This document shows, in pieces, positions 60,764-64,000 of a DNA stretch of 64,000 bases. Position 1 is the stretch's first letter; every line of letters starts with the position of its first letter. Below the pieces are notes generated by a model that made no database searches, was not told the origin of the DNA, and saw only the letters and a list, made by a program, of their open reading frames with translations. The position numbers and the translations under genes were made by a program. The DNA comes from Phycisphaerales bacterium (GTDB lineage: Bacteria > Planctomycetota > Phycisphaerae > Phycisphaerales > UBA1924), in contig JANQQZ010000084.1 in NCBI GenBank assembly GCA_028284805.1, positions 5,248 to 69,247 on the forward strand. Direction: 5' to 3'.

Positions 60764-61786
60764 ATGCCGCGTGTTCTCGGACTCATCCGATGGCTCAACC
60801 AGCCCTGGGATCCGGTCATCAGCCGCTCCCTGGCGATCCTCACGATCGTGATCCTGACCGGCACCGCCGGCTATGTCTGGATCGAGGACTGGCCCGTCTG
60901 GCACGCGCTCTTCTTCACCATCATCACCATCACCACCGTCGGCTACAGCGACTACGACCTCAGCAAGCACGGCGAGCTGTTCAGCATCCTCGTCATGGTC
61001 GGCGGGATCGGCACCGTCTCCTACGCCGCCAGCGGCCTCGTCCAACGCACCATCGCCCAGGGTCTCAACCCGGAGAAACGCATGCTGCAACGCATCAAGT
61101 CCATGCGCGACCACTACATCGTCTGCGGCTTCGGGCGCATGGGAAGGCGCGTCTCGCGCCAGCTCATCGCCGCCGACGTGCAGTTCGTCGTGATCGACAC
61201 CGACGAGAAGCTCGTGGCCCAGGCGCGCGAGCTGGGCATGATCGCGCTCGAGGGAGACGCGACCGAGGACGGTGTGCTCGAGGCAGCCGGGCTCGACCGC
61301 GCCGCGTCGCTCGCCGCGATCACCTCGTCCGACGCCGTCAACGCCATGGTCTGCCTCACGGCGCACGCCATCGCGCCCGACCTGCGCATCATCGCGCGGG
61401 CGGAGGACGAGGACTCCATCCGCAAGATGACCCGCGCCGGCGCCGACCGGGTGCTCAGCCCCAGCTCCCACGGCGCCGACGGCATCGCGCAGACCCTGCT
61501 CCGCCCCGATGCCGCCCGCGTGCTCTTCGGAGACGGGGGCATCGACAGCGCCCTCGCCTTCGGCGAGCTCGCGATCGCAGAGGGATCGCCCTTCGCGGGG
61601 CGGACCCTGCGCGACATCGGCGCGAATGCCCCCTCAATCGTCTTCGTGGCGTCGACCACCGCCGCGGGGGAGATCGAGATGCGCCCGAGCGCCGACCGCA
61701 GCCTCGCGACGGGCGACGTGCTCATCATCGCGGGCACCAACGCCGAGATCCGCGAGCTCCGCATGCAGCAGCGCATCGCGGCGTAG
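60764..61786 (+). CDS. potassium-channel-type protein with RCK (TrkA-N + TrkA-C) domains; variant selectivity filter TVGYSD
   Basis: It has two TM helices and a pore helix, with FFTIITITTVGYSDYD. RCK motifs are HYIVCGFGRMGRRV, ...GDATE..., and C-terminal TrkA-C (GRTLRDIG...GDVLIIAG). Confidence 0.9.
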   Translation: MPRVLGLIRWLNQPWDPVISRSLAILTIVILTGTAGYVWIEDWPVWHALFFTIITITTVGYSDYDLSKHGELFSILVMVGGIGTVSYAASGLVQRTIAQGLNPEKRMLQRIKSMRDHYIVCGFGRMGRRVSRQLIAADVQFVVIDTDEKLVAQARELGMIALEGDATEDGVLEAAGLDRAASLAAITSSDAVNAMVCLTAHAIAPDLRIIARAEDEDSIRKMTRAGADRVLSPSSHGADGIAQTLLRPDAARVLFGDGGIDSALAFGELAIAEGSPFAGRTLRDIGANAPSIVFVASTTAAGEIEMRPSADRSLATGDVLIIAGTNAEIRELRMQQRIAA

Positions 61787-61789
61787 CCC

Positions 61790-62512
61790 TCAGCGTCGTC
61801 GCCGAACCGCCAGCGCGCCACCAAGCCCGAGGACCAGGCACGAAGCCGGTACCGGTATCACAGTCGTCGTAAACGAGTACTGGCCACGCCCTCTGTCGGT
61901 GCCACGGGCCTGAAGCCAGTATGTGCCCGGGTCCAGGATTCCCGTCACTGAGCCCGAGCCCATTCCGCCTCCAATATCGCCGATATCAAGACCAGTAAAG
62001 ACAGGACCGTTGGCACTGTCCCAGAGCGCATACCAAGTGCCCCCCGTATCGTTGTCGTAGTACACGTCTGTTTGTGCCATCACGAATTCGACCGGCGACT
62101 CGATCGTAAAGTAGAACCACGCTCCGCCGCCGTAGCCGGTCGGCTTCGGCTGACTGAACTGAGCAATCCGATGAGATTCGATCGACATCGTGATGGACAT
62201 GACGTCGCCGTTCTGAACCAAATCGATCTCGTTGTGGTGCTCGAAGTAGTCGTGGGGGAAATCATTCACCCCGCCCGTCACGAACCGATCGAACGGCAAC
62301 AACTCTGTCCCGCCGATGTACTCGTACGATTCATTCCCAACAGAATGAAAGACCGGGATGCCGTACATGTCGTACGTCACGCCGTCCCATTCGAGAATGT
62401 CCGGCATCATCGCGTTGATCCGGACCTCGTCGATCGTCACCTGACCGGCCGCCGTGCCCGCCGACATCAGCACCAGGGCGAGACTCTTCATGTTCATGGC
62501 CAGCCCTTTCAT
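61790..62512 (-). CDS. PEP-CTERM-type sorting-domain protein, hypothetical
   Basis: It has a signal peptide (MKGLAMNMKSLALVLMSAGTAAGQ) and the C-terminus VIPVPASCLVLGLGGALAVRRRR. G+C is lower than the flanks. The ATG at 62512 is preceded by TAATAT plus 6 nt (hexamer at 62519-62524). Confidence 0.75.
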   Translation of the reverse strand: MKGLAMNMKSLALVLMSAGTAAGQVTIDEVRINAMMPDILEWDGVTYDMYGIPVFHSVGNESYEYIGGTELLPFDRFVTGGVNDFPHDYFEHHNEIDLVQNGDVMSITMSIESHRIAQFSQPKPTGYGGGAWFYFTIESPVEFVMAQTDVYYDNDTGGTWYALWDSANGPVFTGLDIGDIGGGMGSGSVTGILDPGTYWLQARGTDRGRGQYSFTTTVIPVPASCLVLGLGGALAVRRRR

Positions 62513-62622
62513 CACAAGATATTAGTGGTCTAAGCGATACAATTATATGTCAATATTTAGAATACACAAGATGATACTTCCCGATTGAGACACGACGTAC
62601 ACAATCCCGATCACAACAAATC

Positions 62623-62907
62623 GTGCAACTCCTTGTCAAGCAAGTGCTTGTGTGCAGGTACGCCGCACAATGGCCCAACAAGAACCCGGCGGTCCTCGAT
62701 GCGGTGAAGGCAGCAAAGAGTCTGATCGGCTTCCGCAAGGAGCCCCGAGCAAGCAAGAACGGGCGCAAGACCCCGATCATCGGCCGGGCCGTGCTCCGGA
62801 ACCCGGAAGGCTTGACTGACACCCCCGACGACATCGAAAAAGCGAAGGAAGGCGTCCGCCGCATGCTCGATTGGTTCGATGCCATTTCCAAGAACCTCGG
62901 GTCCTAG
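62623..62907 (+). CDS. small hypothetical protein (GTG start), doubtful
   Basis: 94-codon ORF next to an A/T-rich intergenic patch. It has no internal Met until near its end and no recognisable domain. Confidence 0.3.
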   Translation: MQLLVKQVLVCRYAAQWPNKNPAVLDAVKAAKSLIGFRKEPRASKNGRKTPIIGRAVLRNPEGLTDTPDDIEKAKEGVRRMLDWFDAISKNLGS

Positions 62908-62938
62908 CGCTCGCCGCGCCCCTCGCCCGACACACCCC

Positions 62939-63637
62939 ATGAGGCTCCCGATGCCCCCCGCTGTCCGCATGACCTGGAGCAACCTGCTCTTCCTGCACTG
63001 GCGCACCGACGCCGGGCACCTCCGCCCGCTCATCCCCGCCGAGCTCGACATCGACACCTTCGACGGCTCCGCGTGGGTCGCGCTCGTCCCGTTCGAGATG
63101 ACCGACACCCGCTTCCGCGGCATCCCGCCCTTGCCCGGCCTCTCGCGCTTCTACGAGTGCAACGTGCGCACCTACGTGCGCCACCGCGGCCGCCCGGGCG
63201 TCTGGTTCTTCAGCCTCGACGCTCAGACTCTGCTGCCGGTGCTGGGCGGGCGTTGGACGTGGAGCCTGAACTACGTGCACGCGCGCTTCGACGTCTCTCT
63301 GCATGATGATCGCACCGACTACCGCCTGACGCGGCGAGGCTGGGGCCCCTGGCCCGCCGCCCAGACACGCATCGCCTGGACGCGAGGCGAGGCGATCCCG
63401 CCCTCAGAGCCTGGCTCGCTCGAGCACTTCCTGACCGAACGCTACTGGCTCTTCACCAAACGGCGCGGGCGCATCATGGCGGGCCGGGTCGAGCATGATC
63501 CATGGCCGCTTCGCACCGCAACGCTCAACGAACTCGACGACAGCCTGATCCCTGCTGCCGGCGTGAAGCCCGAGGGCGAGCCCATCGCGCTGATGAACGA
63601 CTCGATCGCCGTGGAGGGCTACGCACTCACCGACTAG
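62939..63637 (+). CDS. DUF2071 (YqjF-like) family protein
   Basis: It has the MTWSNLLFLHWRTDAGHLRPLIPAELDIDTFDGSAWVALVPFEM... pattern. The start could be 62939, 62951 or 62969. Confidence 0.75.
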   Translation: MRLPMPPAVRMTWSNLLFLHWRTDAGHLRPLIPAELDIDTFDGSAWVALVPFEMTDTRFRGIPPLPGLSRFYECNVRTYVRHRGRPGVWFFSLDAQTLLPVLGGRWTWSLNYVHARFDVSLHDDRTDYRLTRRGWGPWPAAQTRIAWTRGEAIPPSEPGSLEHFLTERYWLFTKRRGRIMAGRVEHDPWPLRTATLNELDDSLIPAAGVKPEGEPIALMNDSIAVEGYALTD

Positions 63638-64000
63638 ACCCCGCGGTCACTCCCACCGAGGCTTTCCAGCTCATCCGCGTACCGCTCGCGCAGGGGCTCG
63701 ACGACCTCGGCCAAGAACCGCTCGGTCTGCTCGACGCTCCGCCCGACGTACTTCATCGGGTCCAGCAGCGCGTCCTCGGTCAGCGAGTCCTTCACCGCCG
63801 CGAACGCCGGGTCGCCGCGCAGACGATCGATCAGGTCGTTGTCCAGACCTTCCTGCTTCACGCGATGACCCGCAGCCTGCGCGTGCACGCGGATTTTCTC
63901 GTGCAGGTCCTGCCGATCCCCGCCCGCCTTCACGGCCTCCATCAGGATGTTCTCCGTCGCCAAGAACGGCAGTTCGGCCATCAGGTTCTTGCGGATCATC
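63634..64000 (-). CDS. purB: adenylosuccinate lyase, C-terminal part (5' end runs off the window)
   Basis: It reads ...NLMAELPFLATENILMEAVKAGGDRQDLHEKIRVHAQ..., the C-terminal domain of PurB. The reading frame is open to the window edge. Confidence 0.85.
   Translation of the reverse strand, partial: MIRKNLMAELPFLATENILMEAVKAGGDRQDLHEKIRVHAQAAGHRVKQEGLDNDLIDRLRGDPAFAAVKDSLTEDALLDPMKYVGRSVEQTERFLAEVVEPLRERYADELESLGGSDRGV

Noticed and set aside
1-64000. rRNA, tRNA, tmRNA, SRP RNA, CRISPR arrays and IS elements
   Set aside because: I scanned the intergenic regions by eye for tRNA T-loop motifs (GGTTCGAATCC-like), SRP-like motifs, short regularly spaced repeats and transposase-like ORFs, and found none. 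Absence is judged by eye only and is not a computational guarantee.

Overview
The window is a high-G+C (about two-thirds G+C by eye, not computed) bacterial chromosome segment with roughly 60 protein-coding genes. I found no rRNA, tRNA, CRISPR array, transposase or integrase. The gene content suggests a Planctomycetota (Phycisphaerae-like) organism, but this is inference. The supporting features are futalosine-pathway mqnA, a GH57 amylase, many lipoproteins, PEP-CTERM-like tails and GC-ended dockerin-like tails.

Recognisable housekeeping genes:
- cysS (partial), ybeY, nuoF, gatB, mqnA, purU, sucD, dinB and purB (partial)
- an M20 amidohydrolase, pirin, and MarR and TetR regulators
- a strong cell-envelope theme: lptF-like, GT39/ArnT-like, PAP2, lptG-like, lptB, an LpxL-like acyltransferase and an O-antigen-ligase-like gene

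Most unusual content, in order of interest:
1. A head-to-tail array of four membrane proteins at 43224-47711. Their first ~100 aa (TM, CxxC...CPECG zinc ribbon, TM) are about 90% identical, while the ~220-290 aa C-terminal domains are swapped. An orphan FHA-GAF histidine kinase follows directly downstream.
2. A second array of three small membrane proteins at 25069-26256 with the same zinc-ribbon motif, sitting inside an lptB operon.
3. Five secreted proteins plus one decayed fragment that share a ~55-aa C-terminal double EF-hand/dockerin-like tail ending in GC or GCP. The catalytic or repeat domains attached to it are unrelated to each other.
4. A lower-G+C two-gene island at 3837-6157 encoding a lipoprotein and a signal-peptide-bearing caspase-like (C14) protease with a large uncharacterised C-terminal region.
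5. A TAnnnT hexamer exactly 6 nt upstream of the start codon at 11 genes, which suggests leaderless transcription.

Many long ORFs in the track are antisense or out-of-frame shadows typical of high-G+C DNA, and I rejected them.
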